From Styela clava (taxonomy: Eukaryota), in NCBI RefSeq assembly GCF_964204865.1, contig NC_135253.1, positions 15,686,001-15,750,000 on the forward strand: a stretch of 64,000 nucleotides of DNA, given 5' to 3'. Made by a program: the position numbers and the translations under genes. Shown here one piece after another: positions 21,194 through 34,128 of this stretch (within the stretch, counting starts at the first letter, position 1; the number at the start of each line of letters is the position of its first letter). The notes below the pieces were generated by a model. The model had not been told where the DNA came from, did not search any database, and worked only from the letters and a program-made list of their open reading frames with translations.

Positions 21194-24100
21194 CTCTTCT
21201 ATCTGAGAACAATAGAAAATATATTCTATTTTCAAAGAACATTCAAAGTCAAAAACTACCGTTGCATCAGCAATGCATTGGCGTTAATCAGACCTTATAA
21301 TATTACAATGATCACAAAAATTTGTGTGAGGGTGGGGAGTGGGTAAAACAAAACGTTCAAAAATGATTTCGCGAAACAACGCAGTTTACGAAGTCAAGAA
21401 ACATACAGTTCTTTGAGGATAGCATTTCTTCTCAGATGCAAAATTATCTTGTGGTTAAAATTTTTTAATTTTAGTCGTTTAACACGGCTGGTTTTGGGCA
21501 ACTTTCGTTTGAGAATTTCAAAATCTCTAATAGTACCTTTAAATGCCTTAATAAGACGTATAAAAAACCATCTCTTTCAATATGCCCGTTATACCTTTTA
21601 TCACTTGCACTTCCTTTGTTGTTTATTCCGGCCTTTTATTATTGGTAATTTTGATATTCAAGGTGACTTATAAGGAGAATAGTTGCAGAATTTATGTACT
21701 AATTTCACAGATTGTTTATTAGATAAGAATAAAAAATCTAGACAAACGACATGTGCAAAATGTAGCTAAGCTCGATGATGAGCCGTGCAAATTTGAAACT
21801 CTGTATCTAAAAGAACATGCGATGTGCAGAGGATTAAAATAATGGAAAATGGAATTAACAATGAACGAAGTACTCTCTTTAATATCTGACAATATGCATC
21901 TTAATAACGAGTTCTTTCACTTATAATTTTTTCGAAAAAAGTTCGAACCAAAAGTTGTAATTTAAGTGTGCTGCAAACGATTTCATCTATCGTTCTTAGC
22001 TGAGCTTTGACTTGGCTGATAGGGAGAACTGCACATTCACGCTACTAATCAATGTTGATATCGTCCTTGAGTTTCTAATTCAACTTCTGCTTAGAGAAAC
22101 AATTTTCAATGGAACTAATAAGAAAGCAAATTCTATTCGCCGCTTCTTACAGCAATAAATGCTAAAAAAATCTATTCTAGCCAACGATTAACAAGGCTAT
22201 GATAATTGCGTATTTGATAACAATACAAAATCTCGTTTCAATAAGTTTGAAAAGCGAACAACAAAATAACACGGTGTATTTTTGACTGACGCTGAATCGG
22301 GTGCAAGGAAAATAATGAAAACCTTGACTAACTGGTATGTACGAGAAACGTACGAGACGTACATTTGCCTCTTGGAAAGTTGTTTGTTTTCCGCAAAGAA
22401 ACTCGACAAACGTTTAGGAAATAACATATCATGCGCTTGTTTTAATATCATATTGATCAAGCATATCCCACTGATAAAGTTTCAGATATGCTTCGTTTGT
22501 GCGTTTGGTATGAAATGTTTCCTGAAATGTGCGCATCCGATTTTATGATACTATTCCACTCACAGGAAGCTAAACTCCTCTGTACCGGAACATTAATTTT
22601 TCAGGAAATGTGAAAATCTAGTAAAATTGAAGCTTGATAATTTGAGTAAATCTCATGATATTAACCTCGTATTATATTTCGCTATGTATATGATGGCCTA
22701 TCTTATATCCGTACTATCCGACCGCAGTTTATTATAGAATATCTCACATTTATTCCATCAGCTTAAGTTTTCTTTATTTGGTGATCAAAAACATAAAAAA
22801 TCTTTTCGATAAGTTTCTTTTCGTCGGTTATGAGCTTGGCTGGATTTACCATTTGTCATGGTATGCTAAAGCCTAGTTGCCTCGAAATTCAATTAACTAT
22901 TCATGTTTAATCGTTTTTTAATTATAAAGGCTTGTTTCAGAATAAATCAAAATTAAAATTTTCTGAAAAATGATAATTTTTCAATTAGATTGAGATTTCT
23001 TGTTCCAAATATTATATTATATATAAATACGGTCGAATAAACGAATTTGTCAAAGTACTCTGCCCATCAAACCTTGGGAACAAAATATGCTAGTTTAAAC
23101 TGATTGATCAGTTGATACTGTAATAATGTTTTTATTTTTTTAAATAAGAGGAAAATATCGATATATCACTATACTGATTCATTCAAGCAGAACGGGCTTG
23201 ACAACGCCTAAATCCGACCCAGGTTATGAGAAACATTACGCAGCAACAATGTTTTACCTGTATTATATATTTTATCTGTTATAGCTGCAGATACGAAATT
23301 TGTTGTTTGGGGCGACTTTCTGCACCCCTAGATTTGGGGGAGGGGTCAGTTCACAATTCGAAAGTTGAGTTCTTAATCATACCTTGAAATGTTCTTTCGC
23401 GACATATAGAAAACAAAAATCACTTTCATACTGAGATGTCAGGAGATGCAACAAAACAATTTAGTGAAAACTTACGCATTTTATTAAAAAGGTGCTAGAA
23501 ATAAAGTGCGTTGGAAAAGCGAAAATACGAATAGTTCTGGCAATCCTTGTTTAGCCGATCCCCGATGTTAGAATAGGACATTTGTTAATGCAGCGGTTTG
23601 CAGCAGTGTATTTAAGTATTGACAGCCGTAATTATATGACGTCATAGTTAGAATTGTTTTGGTAGAAAGTTCAAGAATATCTGTCATTTCCTGTTGTCTG
23701 CTTAGGGCACGAGTTTAGAGCGTTAGTGTTGTTCCTATGCATATTTTAGGCTTGGCTTGATTAAGATTATTTTAGAGCCTAATTTGCTGTTTTGAATTAA
23801 TATGTAGAATTATAAAGGTAGGATATGTGCTGGTATTGAGCTTGGTTGTATATTGTTTCGATGAAAATGTAATTGTGATTTCTATTTAAACGGCTTCTTT
23901 TTCTGTATTCATATAATATTCTGACAAAGAAGCACTGAATTCAATTCAGTTACCGCAGTTTCGAAAGTATGATTATCACTTTAATTGGAAGTCAATACAT
24001 ATATATCGTTATGTTATTTATTAATTTCATGGACTCGTCCTGTGTACAGGTGTATGATTGTTATTTCATGCATTTTTTTTTTGAATTATTAAAAGTTTCG

Positions 24101-25003
24101 GAACACGAGTATTAACTGCATTGAATTGGAACATAATATTATATCAGTCTGAAGATTTGAAGATAACTCCGAATTTAGTCGTTCACACAATTTCTTTTTA
24201 CTGTGTGACGGGGATTAATTTTAACAAAAACTATTCAGGGCTGCTTACATAATCCATTTGAGCTTGCAATTCTCATTTATTGGCTAGCAAAAATTATAGC
24301 TCATTTTTTTTATATAAATAGTTGTTTCGTGCATTGAATATTGTAATAAATAAGTCTATGCTATTACAGTAGCTATACTATTTCAAAATCCCACATAGCC
24401 ATACTAAACAACAAATCTTCTGATAGAATTCCGAACATAGATGTCTTAAGTAGCGTTTTAAAATGATCAATATCAAATCGCAATATGTCAAAAACAAACA
24501 AAAAATGACAGAGCCCAAATAGATTCGAATACACTTATTGACTGCAAGTGTAACCAACGCATGGCCCATTGGTCGGATCCGGTCGGTAAGGCTGCCTCTG
24601 ATAGAATTTAATTTTCTACATGAGAATGACATCCAAATTTTGGCTGTTGTCTTGTGACACAAAAAACACAGTGAATCATGACCATTTATATTTTTCGATT
24701 TGATTTATTAGCAGTTCTTATTCAATTCGGTAAAAACAATAGTGGTTTTATGATGGCCAGTATAGAAGCTATCTTAAAATAAAAACACAGAATCACCACA
24801 CGAAATCGAAATTACAAAGGTTAGAAACTGGTTAATGTGAGAAAATTTGAGGAGATTTACCAAGTTAAGTGTTTGCACCCAGGGCTGCCGCAATCTGCAA
24901 AGTTTGAAAACAAAACTTTCTAATATTTAGGTCGTTTTAGGTTGTTGGTTCTGTGTGCTGAAATAGTAGAAATTTAACAAGTGATACTTATTAGAATCAG
25001 ACC

Positions 25004-27290
25004 ATGCATATCACTACCTGCGAAATGCACACATGCGGCGAGCCGTTGATCATCATTAAACTGGATTTCCAAATATCTCGGGGGAAACAATCTTGGAAAA
25101 GATCGCTTACATACGAGAAAATTGCGATGATATAAGGAAGTATGTATTTCTGAAATTGCAAAGTTTTTCATATAACTTTTTCTCACAAGGTTAAACTACT
25201 AGAGAAACATAAGAACATTACAATGAGGCTAGAATCCAATAGTCATGTATTCATTTCTCCCTTCCCTTCTATAGGATATCATCTTGTGGAGTATGCGCAC
25301 CAAGATGTCGCATAGCCTGAACCCTAACTTGGTACACAATCTGAATTCAGGTTGTGTGTCATCTTGGTGCGCATACTCCAGGAGGTCCCATCTTGTTTTA
25401 TACTAAATAAACATTTAGTACTGCCAGATTGTAGTTGGTATATTTGGCTTTGGTGGAATTTAAAGTTGTAGTTAAACCTAATGCAAAAATTGTCATATTT
25501 CTGGAATTTATTTAAGGTTTTTGATGCATGAGCCTCGTGGACATCATGATATGTTTGGAACATTAAGAGTTGAACCAGATTTACCAAATGCTGATGCAGC
25601 ATTTATATTTATGCACAATGAAGGATATGGTACAATGTGTGGACATGCCATCATCGCCTTGGGAAGGTAGAATGTTATGATTAACAGTTTTGTATATTTT
25701 TAAAATACACACATATGCTTGTTTCATGTATATTTTTGTTCATTTTCACACCTGATAATTTTGGTAGAAATAGTAGTTCAGCTTGCGTGTGTGACAAAAT
25801 AAATTAGTATTTTTGGAATTGGCTTATGAGGTGGGTTTTTCATCTTTTCTGTGTTTGCTGAGATAATAACCAATGTTTTCAGATACTGCGTTGATTACAA
25901 TATAGTTGAAGCAAAAGAGCCAGAAACCTTGGTCAATATTCAATGTCCATGCGGGCTTATTCCAACCTATGTTTCGTATGGTAATGGTTTATCTGGGAGA
26001 GTGAGGTTTCAAAGTGTGCCATCATTTGTTTTGAAAATGGGTAAGAAGAAAATGCTGGTGTGATTTTTTTTTGTTATTCAATATGTTACTGTATACAATG
26101 TTGGGTAGACCATAGAGTCTCAGCTCAAGTCTCTTAAACGCTCGTCTGTACATACCAAGGACGAACACAATGCTATACAACACATTACATTGTACACATA
26201 CCTAGATGTTAGAATATGTAATATATATAAATGGAAATCTCAATATAAAGCAGTTTTTGTGCATACCTATTTGAACAACAACATTGCCATTTTCAGATGT
26301 CAATGTGAATGTACCAAACATTGGTATGATCACTGTAGACATATCTTATGGAGGAGTATTCTATGCCTTTGTTTCTACTGACGCACTCGGTTTGACACTC
26401 AAGGCTGGTGATGCATTGAAGGCCGTGGAAATTGGGCAAGCTGTATTGAATGCCACTAAAAAGGTTGTAAGACATACCGGTAACTGTTTGAAGCATTTAA
26501 AAATTGCCAAACTTAGATATGAAGGGATTACCTCAAATCAAACTCATATTCACAAAAAAGCCTGTAAATCGGTATTTAGGAAGGACAAGTTTTACGGAAC
26601 AGGGTAACAGTATAATTAATTACCAATACAAAAAAGTTTCCGCCATCTTCGTACATTATTTCACATCTTAGTTTTGTAAAACTGCTAATAATGCACAAAC
26701 ATCATAGGTTAAGGTTGAACACCCGGAAAATGAAGATCTTGGTTTCCTATATGGCACTATAATATATGACAGAACAGAATTAAAATCAAATGATTTGATT
26801 CGACAAATGATAGTGTTTGCGGATCGTGAGGTATGTAAAATTACACCTTGAATATATATTACTATCAACAACTATTTTCTGGTCTCTTTTATTTAGCAGT
26901 TACATTGAAATTGGTGATTTATTTTTTTAAGTTGGATAGAAGCCCATGTGGTTCAGGAACAGCAGCTCATATTGCTCTGATACACGCAAAAGGTCTACTG
27001 GATGTTAATTGTCAAAAAACATTTCAGAGTATCGTCAATGATTCAAAGTAAGTACTCTGATGTCTAAAAAGTTATGGAGTGTCCAATTGGTTCTCAATAA
27101 CTCTTACAATCACTAGCTCATATACGTTTAAATTTTTCCAAGGTTTACTGGAAAGGTTGTCAAAAAAGCCAAATGCGGAAACTTCAAAGCTGTCATAGCA
27201 GAAGTGTCTGGGAATGCCTATTACACAGGCAAAAATTTGTTTACATCAGAGGATAAAGACCCCTTAAAGGCTGGTTTCACCGTCCGATGA
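25004..27290 (+). pseudogene. L3HYPDH: Racemase/L3HYPDH-like copy 2, frameshifted in exon 1
   Basis: ttgagaatcattgaaact (copy 1) is ttgatcatcattaaact at about 25046-25062. The 1-nt loss gives a premature TAA near 25133; the remaining exons are intact. Confidence 0.82.
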
Positions 27291-28225
27291 TCAGTTGCAA
27301 AATTACCTTCAGCAAAAGTGAAAAAATGTATCCGTCAGACAAGGGTTCTGCACCTCACATATATATCTCTCACAAAGAAAATTGCTGCTTCTCATTACAG
27401 CTGCTAAAATTTACATTTCAATATACATGAAAATATCTTGTGTATTCTATCATCAAAGTTACAATATAGAATTAAGACTAAAATAAGGTGACTGCTTAGT
27501 TGCTACTTTTTGTATCCTCGATTTGGCGTGGGGGGCTGTTCACGATTAGGGCTGGGCATTTCGAATCGAATATTCGAATCGAACAGTAAATTATTCGAAT
27601 CGGTTCAGAGCTAAATTTCGAGTCGCCGCCATCTTGTTTTTATCTTTCCGCTAATGGTCGAGGTGAATTCATAATTTTTTTTTTCATTGGAGTCATATTT
27701 TTTCAACGAAATTCTAACATATGACTATTTTCTGTAGTGAGTTATTGATAAAACGTGTTTGTTATTCTGTGTGAACGCTCAGTAATCTATCTGAGTGATT
27801 TATTCTATGTCTTCAGTAATTCATTTGTTGAGAGAACCAATTACTATAATAAAGTCGCTTACAATTATATATTTTCAAGTATTCAAGATTCGATTAGAAA
27901 AAATTATTCGATTCGATTCTGAAATCACAAGGTATTCTAAAATGCCCAGCTCTGTTCACGAGAGCAGAGCAGAGTTCTTTATCATACCTTGAAATGTTCT
28001 TTCGAAAAATATAAAAAGTAAAAATCGCTTTTATTCCGAGACGTCATGAAATGGAATAAAACAATTTTAATGAAAATTTACACATATACTTATATATAAA
28101 TTAAAAAGATGCTAGAAATAAAAGCGCATTAAAAAAAGCCAAGACTTGTCTAGCCAATACCGGGTGTTAGATCAGACCCTCTGATTGAAGATAACTGGGA
28201 ATTAAGTCGTCCGGACAATTTATTT

Positions 28226-31200
28226 GAATTTTTGCCTCATGGAATGTCACAAATTGAAAGAAAAAATATTAAAAATTAACCCTGATGTTTTTGTAGACAT
28301 TTTAACATTACAGGAAGTGAGCAAGAATCTTACACTTGGAGGTCAGAAAGAGTTGTTAGTGTAAGTAATGTTTAAAGTAAATAACATACATGTTATTATG
28401 CTGAGAAATGCTTCTTCTGTATAGAAATATTGATAATTTAAAAAGGATTAATTAATAGCGATATAGTGATCATCTTTGGTTTCAGAAGTCTGTTATGGGC
28501 TTTGAATTTATATGTCATATAAAAAATTAATACTATCAACCTAAGTCGCATTTTAATAAAAAACACAATTACAAAAACCGACTTTGTCTATAGTTTGTGG
28601 TACATTGCAAATACTGTATGCTCATTTGAATATAGTCCATGAATGTTATCAATAAAGTGATTTTATATAGTCTCAGAGAGGCGACATTTTTAGAAATGGA
28701 ACAGAGTATGGAGTGGTTTTTCTTCTCACGGGATTTGAAGAATTTGAATATCAAACTGAACAGGTATGTTGCCTATATAACTATATATGTACCATCGATG
28801 GTACTTTTTGTATACGATTTTTGCTTAGAAATGCATGTTGTTAATAAAGCTATATAAAGTTGAAAGAATGTTTGCAAGCGTCTATTCCACATATTTATAC
28901 CTTTTTTTCAACTGTTTCTTTAAACTCAGAATTGGATCGCCCGTGAACTGATGGAATATAGCACTGCCATTTTGTGTCCAAATATTTGTCATTCGATCGT
29001 GGAACTAAATAAAGTTTTGGAAATTATGTCAAGGCCCAAACATATGGAAAAATACTTTGACGATTCGGATGCTGGTCTCATCAGGAATGCTCTGATTAAA
29101 TATCGAACTCTAGAACAGGCAAATATCTCAATGTTCAAAATAAATGACGAAACTCAGTCTTCGGAGTTATTTTCAATGTTTAAATTGTTGATCATTTATT
29201 AATAGGGCCAATTCCAACAACGCAGTTATTGAAACGTTGCATCGTTCATAATATCTTTTAATTGATTGCATTTTATTTTCAGGGCAATGTAGGAGACATG
29301 ACTGCAAAACTGGGAATCACGAATCCCCTCGAAAACGTGTTAAAAGATCAGAGAGAGGGAGGAGGTGAAACTTTTTGTTTAAAACAATGCAAATGAATTT
29401 TGAAAAAATTGTATAAACCTTTGACTGCTCATTGAAGTAAAGCATTGCAAAAAAAACGGGAATTTTCCATTGGCTCAATTGTTTATAGAACCTAAAATTC
29501 TGTGAAGTCTAGTTATTTCCATATAAGAAGAATGGTCAACATGTGCATGTTGACAATGTGAGTGATATAATAAGTTATTACAAAGCAAATTGCATTCAAG
29601 AATTTAGTTCTTTAATCTTGTTTTCAGTAAAATACTTTCGCGAAGACGTTAAGAATATGCTGAAGAAATTGCAAGGCACGCAACAAAGGTATTTTTAGTA
29701 TAACTAGATTTGAACATTACTCTTGTCTTGAATATTTTACCAGAATGTCTCTTTGGGGGTCCATTATGACTGCACAGGGGCTCCGCAACGAAATGCAAAG
29801 GCTCTGATCGATCCCTAATGATTGATATCAATCAAAAGGCCGTTGCATCTTATTGGTTGAGTGTTGACTAATATCCATTGCTGTCAGAAAAGGCAATTAC
29901 AATTTTATTGACTTATGCAACGATCTACATGTGTGAAGATTCATTTTCAGCTTTACCCATATGATGACAAAATACAGGTCGAGACTTGCCGTGGACTCGG
30001 ACCTACGAGTTTGCTTGTCACAATGTCGTTTGTGTTGTAAATGAAATATTATCCTTCCCCGTTGGTTTGGCACAGAAATTGATACGGCTTAGGATTGGAG
30101 TCCCCGCGGCCTAATAAGTTTGGGAAGCCCTGTATTTGACAATAACATTTAACAGATTATAATGCAGCAGCACTTTGTGAAATAACAAAAAGATTGTGTT
30201 TTATTCGAGGGGCAAATATATTCTCGTGGATCATATCAAACCAGTTATTGGAAAAAACCTTATGATTTTTTCGGATGAAAATCCAGATCTTACTGTTGTA
30301 AACACCGTCACAGAAATTTCTTCATTCGGAGCCTTCCTCACGTAAGTTTTTAATATTTAAAAAAAACTTTCAATGTTTCCATGATATGTTATGTTTACCT
30401 GTAAAAAAGCTCTAGCTATGGAAGCTGTGCGGCATACTTATACGAAATATATAAATTTTCCGATCATATTATGGTCATAAAGGGGACTTATTTCAGTATA
30501 TAGAGCAGAGGTGGGCACAATTTTTTAGTATAGGAGCCGCATGCTGCAAGTCAGAACTTTAAAAGAGCCGCAGAATTGGGGAATTTATTATTATTATCAA
30601 AATTCCATGAACAGAAAAAAAATTAACACAAGTGTCTAATAACAATAAATAGATAAACAAGGCAACTATGCTCAAATATATGCACAATTTGAGCTCATTT
30701 AATTTTTGTTTCCTTATAGCTGATTTACAAGGGTAGTCTCGTAAGAAGTTTTCATGATTCGTTTCATGGTGCCGTTTAACATTGCTGACTTTATTCTGAC
30801 TTAGTAGCTTATGGCAGATTAAGCACAATGGTTTATTCTCCTGACTGGTAAATGAGTATTTTTCTTTCCATTCTGACTTGACAACTCTGTTTTCATCTTC
30901 GTACTTTCGTTTCTTAATTTAGGATATGCACAGTAACTTAGAGTTAGACTAACTAACTGCAATCAAGCTGCAATACCACCGACGCATCAATAAACATTGA
31001 CCATCGTGACGAAAGATTTGCTGACTTGCCTGACTTAAATTCAACGCTACAGCGATTTTCATACTGAAACATAATTTGTCTTAATCATTGACAAAAACTT
31101 CTTTACAATAAATTAAAAGAGTTTACATTAAAGCCGCCGCGAGCCGCGGTGTGCCCACCACTGATATAGAGCATAGATAGGTCGTGGAGCTCACTAATTT

Positions 31201-31348
31201 GTATTTGATATTTTTCTTTTGCAGTAAAGGAAGAAATATCATAATAAACGAATGCTTTGGAAACATTTCCAGGACGAAGAACTATGGAGTTGACGCAATC
31301 AGCACATCTAAAGGCAATTTTGCCTTAGATCTCATATTGACGACATGA
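28226..31348 (+). pseudogene. 5'-truncated inverted GSS-like paralog, copy 2
   Basis: Duplicate of 6093-9242. Confidence 0.82.
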
Positions 31349-34128
31349 AATCCGCGTATCAGTTTATATTGGAAGTCAATAACTACCGATTGACGTTGGC
31401 AGCTGCATAATACATTACTAATATTAATTATTATTAGAATATATAGGACACAATATTTCAGTGGTTCCCAACCTTTCTACCTCCACGGCAGATTTGTCCT
31501 TGCAGACCGGCAAATGAATGAAACATAACATAATCACCTGTGTTTGAGTAACTGTAGTTGAGTAACAATATTTTGGCACATAATACAACAAAATATAATA
31601 GAACACCAAAATCATCTCAAACAACAAACGACCAATTAAACGCAAATATACACTTTTATTTTAACGCAAAAAATCTTTCACGCATTACCGCAACACATGA
31701 AGTGAATAATTCATTCTTTTCTTTGGAGCACTCATCGCTTTTTTAAATTTGTGAAGTTTCGCGTTATTCACCCATTAACTTGTTAGGTATTCTTATTTTA
31801 CATTTACATGGCATTTTCCACGTATTTTGGTGTGAAAAGAACCATCATGCGATACAGTTTATTGCGACCAAACACAAATCTGGGTCGAACATTTATCCTT
31901 AAATAATTTGACAGTATTTTCCGATGTAAATTTTAAGCAATATTCATTGGAAGTATAAACTTTGTAGCGAGTAACATTCTGTCTATTTTATTATTGAAAT
32001 ACTATTATACTCTGTGACATTGTTTACTTTTGTGTGGGACGATGTAAACTATTGCTTATTGTAAACTATGTGAAAATTTAAGTATGTACTTTGCGAATTT
32101 GTGAAAATTAACAAAACGATTTCGCGACGGATCGAACCTTAAAATTGTGATTCCACGTTGGCCAATACAACGCCGAGCAATCAATACCATGCTTGTCAAA
32201 CATCCATTTTAACGGCGGACGACAAATCGCCAAATAAACCGATGTTACTCCATCTGTTTTGCATTCAATCGGTTACACTGACAGAAAAATAAAACAAACA
32301 ACAACATTTCTCAATTTAGCCGAACGGTCGGGAACCACCGCCATATATGAATATTACTTACTTTTCACATTATATTAATCGAGAATCAACAGTTTTTACC
32401 TAAGTCATTATATCAGAAAGTAAACTCGATAAAGTTGTTTGTGAAGATAAATTAGAATTTTGTTATATATATATCCTACTAAGGCTAGTTTCAGTGTCGA
32501 TTTATGCATTTGTAAATATTTACCATACAGAATGTATAACTAATAAATGTCTAATCAAGTCAGAATGATGTTTTTCCTTTTCTATATTAATTCTTGTATT
32601 TGCAAATCAACTAAACAAAGAAGCAATGCTCAAATACATATATGCACAAAAGTCAAATCACTACGCCAAAAATACTATCTTAGAATGAAATTATCTTGTT
32701 TTCAACGCCGTTCTCAGTAATGTCCTTGTTCCACAGAGACAAATATTACATTTGTTTCATATTTCGGAATGTCGCTACAGTCTTGTTGTAGAAAAAGGTA
32801 TAATGCCGCGTGACATTTATCTTAACCATGAAACATCAAATTTACTTAGTGAGACATTTATTACGTACCTAACCATTTTTTGTTCTTGCTAAAGAAATTG
32901 AAATAAGTACAATCTGCCATATTTCAGTCAAGAAATACTGACTTCCACAACAAGTTAGGAAGCGTCTGAAATGATTTGATGTGACGATAGTATAAGGCGA
33001 AATTGCTTACTGTCCTTCCTTTCTTTTTTGTTGTCATATTCCTGTTTCCCCAATATGCATGTAAATTCAATAACCTTCGACAAATAATGACGGAAAATGA
33101 CAAAGTTTATTGTGAAATATATAGTTAATTTGAAAATAAAATAAAATTAGAATACTTTTGGCGACTTCTTACGTCTATGACCATTGAAAATGTAAAATTG
33201 ATTGGTTCATTAGCCGTGGTGAAACCCGCAACCTTCTCGTCATTCAAAACGTCGCCCCAGCAGCAAAACTGTACACTTTTACAAAAACGATGCATATGAA
33301 CTTTCGTGTCCAATAAATGCATGAAGAATAGGAAAAATCAAAATATGATTGTTTCTGATGGTACCAATAGCCAGATCAAGCATTTCGTATTTTTGATACT
33401 AAACCACGACAAAACGTGTAATAAAGAATGACAACGGCAATCAAAAATTCAATTTTTGTTTTAAATCTTGTGGTTTTTACGGCAAAATCGTGGGGAAACT
33501 TTAAAAATGCCGAACGTAAATGATGCCAACACAATTGTAGGTTTTTTCAATGAACATCGGCACTTATGTCACTGTGTTATGTGGATTTCAAGCACTTGGG
33601 TTACTCATCTGCATGTTTATTCATGTTTTGATATACCGTTATTTTTGGAATAGAAATTAAAGAATGAGGTCGGACAATGATTCACCCACGAATGTCGCTA
33701 ATGATTACTGACATTGGAAGCGGGGCAACTGTCAATGTTGCAAACGCACACTGGTAAAAAAAAAAAAAAAGCAAATCAATGCTGTTTTATGATGCTTTTT
33801 ATGTTGATGATTTTCACGACTCAAAACTCAATGCTAACGAAGCGATAGATCACCTCAAAAATGTAATTTATTGTCCGATTCTGCAGCGCTGTTCCATACC
33901 TGTGCTACAGCGCTGTTTTCAAAATGTCAAAATTTGGTTTTGGCTTGCGCAAAAGTTCGTATACCGATAGCATATCTGAAATTTTCATAAATGATTGACT
34001 TGTTGATGTATGAATTCTCGCCTAAAATAATGTGAAAAGTAGGTATACTTCATCCAGGGCGTTTTGTGGGTTTTAGGTTATATAATTATTATGCAGTCGC
34101 CAACGTCAATCGATAGGTCCTAAATCGA

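Larger units (their letters stand above)
1..22098. repeat. Tandem segmental duplication unit, copy 1 (phase set arbitrarily by window start)
   Basis: Position 1 (acaattttcaatggaactaataag) recurs at 22099 and 48048; the ORF track repeats with an offset of about 22.1 kb. Confidence 0.97.
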
